Source: Acidobacteriota bacterium | Lineage (GTDB): Bacteria; Acidobacteriota; Terriglobia; Bryobacterales; Bryobacteraceae | Direction of reading: 5' to 3' | NCBI GenBank assembly: GCA_016871015.1 | Contig: VFZX01000001.1 | Coordinates: forward strand, 64,923-88,922 | Length of the DNA stretch: 24,000 nt | In this document: positions 22,965-24,000 of the stretch, in pieces | Layout of the letters: each line of letters begins with the position of its first letter | Numbering within the stretch: the stretch's first letter is position 1 | The notes under the pieces: generated by a model | Told to the model about the DNA's origin: nothing | The model's database searches: none | What the model saw: only the letters and a program-made list of their open reading frames with translations | Program-made: the position numbers and the translations under genes

Positions 22965-23780
22965 GTGTTCGAACATTACACCGAAAAATCCCGCCGGGTC
23001 ATGTTCTTCGCACGGTACGAAGCCTGCCAGTTCGGGCGCGAACAGATTGAGCCCGAGCATCTGCTGCTCGGCCTGCTTCGCGAGGACAAGCCTCTGGCCA
23101 TGTGGCTGGTGAAGACGAGCGCCCAGGTGGAGTCCATCCGGGCGCAGATGGAGGCGGCCGCCGGGCCCCGCCCCAAGTCAGGCACTTCGGTGGACCTGCC
23201 GCTCAGCGAGGAGTTGAAGCGGATTCTCGCGTATGCAACGGAGGAGGCGGAGAGGCTGCGCCACAGCTATGTCACTCCGGCACACCTCGTGCTCGGGATC
23301 CTTCGGGAGCCCGCCTGCATGGCGGCGAAGCTGCTCGAGCAGCGCCACGTGGGGATCGTTCCAGTTCGTGCTTACGCGGCGGATCACCCCGATCCCTCCG
23401 ACGGGCTTCGTGCCAAGGCACAGCAGCCGCCTCCACGGCTGCTGGAGTTTCTTGCGGACCGCGAGAAGGCGGGCGGCATTAGGGTCACCGCTGGCGTCAT
23501 CGTAGCTGGCCATCGCACCGATTTCGCGATCTACGCAAGTCCCGCCGGCGCGGCGCCGCTGTTGTGCATCGTTCTTCCCCGCGGTGAGAGCCTGTCTGAA
23601 TTGCGCGCGCGTGTCGAAGTCTATCTGAAGGTCGGGGTAGCGCAAGTCTGGATCCTCGACCAGACGGGAAGACGCGCCTACACCGTCACCGCGGACGAGG
23701 GTCTCCGCGAGTCAGCAAGCGGTGTGCTCCGGGCCGTCCAGCCAAACATCGAATTGGACTGGAGACGCGTGTTGGAGTAA
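22965..23780 (+). CDS. Clp_N (ClpA/B/C N-terminal repeat) domain protein fused to a degenerate Uma2/DUF820-like C-terminal half
   Basis: ORF 22941(GTG)..23780. The preferred start is GTG 22965, giving 'MFEHYTEKSRRVMFFARYEA', which matches the canonical 'MFERFTEKARRV' Clp N-terminus. There are two Clp_N repeats ('IEPEHLLLGLLRED', 'VTPAHLVLGILREP'). The C-terminal part 'TDFAIYASPAGAAPLLCIVLPRGESLSELRARVEVYLKVGVAQVWILDQTGRRAYTV' follows the Uma2 pattern (PD...P.L.vEVlSps......K...Y...GV.eyWivD). Confidence 0.6.
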   Translation: MFEHYTEKSRRVMFFARYEACQFGREQIEPEHLLLGLLREDKPLAMWLVKTSAQVESIRAQMEAAAGPRPKSGTSVDLPLSEELKRILAYATEEAERLRHSYVTPAHLVLGILREPACMAAKLLEQRHVGIVPVRAYAADHPDPSDGLRAKAQQPPPRLLEFLADREKAGGIRVTAGVIVAGHRTDFAIYASPAGAAPLLCIVLPRGESLSELRARVEVYLKVGVAQVWILDQTGRRAYTVTADEGLRESASGVLRAVQPNIELDWRRVLE

Positions 23781-23784
23781 GGCG

Positions 23785-24000
23785 TTACCAGGTCATCCGG
23801 CCCGCGAGTTGGATCTGCCGCGCTGGATTCGCCCGGTTGGCGATCTCGTTGATCCGCCCGAACGACGCAGTCCCGAACGTCACCCCTGGATTGCCGAACG
23901 CGGGATGGTTCCAGACATTGAACGCCTCACAGCGGATCTGGAACTTGAGACGCTCGGCCACGGAAATGTTGGCTCTGTAGCGGAATCTGTGGGCCTGAGT
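23785..24000 (-). CDS. TonB-dependent receptor (Oar-like), C-terminal end only; gene continues beyond the window
   Basis: Manual translation of the minus strand gives '...LKFQIRCEAFNVWNHPAFGNPGVTFGTASFGRINEIANRANPARQIQLAGRMTW*', with stop TAA at 23785-23787. It is collinear with the C-termini of the receptors ending at 10561 and 22940 (EAFN..N...F..P.....GRI......R.IQL). There are no in-frame stops up to nt 24000. Confidence 0.8.
   Translation of the reverse strand, partial: TQAHRFRYRANISVAERLKFQIRCEAFNVWNHPAFGNPGVTFGTASFGRINEIANRANPARQIQLAGRMTW

Noticed and set aside
1-24000. Scanned for CRISPR repeats, tRNA/rRNA, IS elements/transposases, integrases, phage genes, and known defence-system or toxin-antitoxin signatures.
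   Set aside because: No direct-repeat arrays, no transposase, integrase or recombinase motifs, and no terminal inverted repeats were recognised. The only nuclease-like element, the Uma2-like half at 23439-23777, appears catalytically degenerate.

Overview
The window is a visibly GC-rich chromosomal segment. Its gene content looks acidobacterial (Solibacter/Bryobacter-like): Oar-type TonB-dependent receptors with CarboxypepD_reg N-termini, a CRTAC1/ASPIC-UnbV FG-GAP protein, and Tat-signal glycan enzymes. I saw no rRNA, tRNA, CRISPR array, transposase or integrase.

Layout, left to right:
- 1-2860: a TPR protein convergent with a CRTAC1-family FG-GAP protein.
- 2900-4706: a decay tract on the minus strand. 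It holds three head-to-tail gene remnants: a DUF1080-like jelly-roll, a NarL/LuxR response regulator and a glycoside-hydrolase-like paralog. They carry deletions, frameshifts and in-frame stops, with no intergenic DNA between them.
- 4802-13000: a plus-strand glycan-utilisation-like cluster. It contains a GH-like TIM barrel, a doubly frameshifted sugar-phosphate isomerase, a 99-aa receptor stub, a 1073-aa TonB-dependent receptor, an SGNH esterase and a beta-propeller GH-like protein.
- 13102-16931: a tightly packed minus-strand operon of aquaporin, GMC flavoenzyme, secreted tandem-VOC protein and a DM13-like protein.
- 17036-19990: a translationally coupled module of a DinB-like protein, an NRDE/TANGO2-like protein and a DedA(VTT)-ATP-grasp fusion.
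- 19827-24000: a second TonB-dependent receptor with a defective start, a Clp_N/degenerate-Uma2 fusion, and the C-terminus of a third receptor.

The best candidate for an undescribed system is the DinB-like / NRDE / membrane-anchored ATP-grasp module. A secondary candidate is the aquaporin-GMC-VOC-DM13 operon. All family calls come from reading motifs in the translations; no database search was possible.
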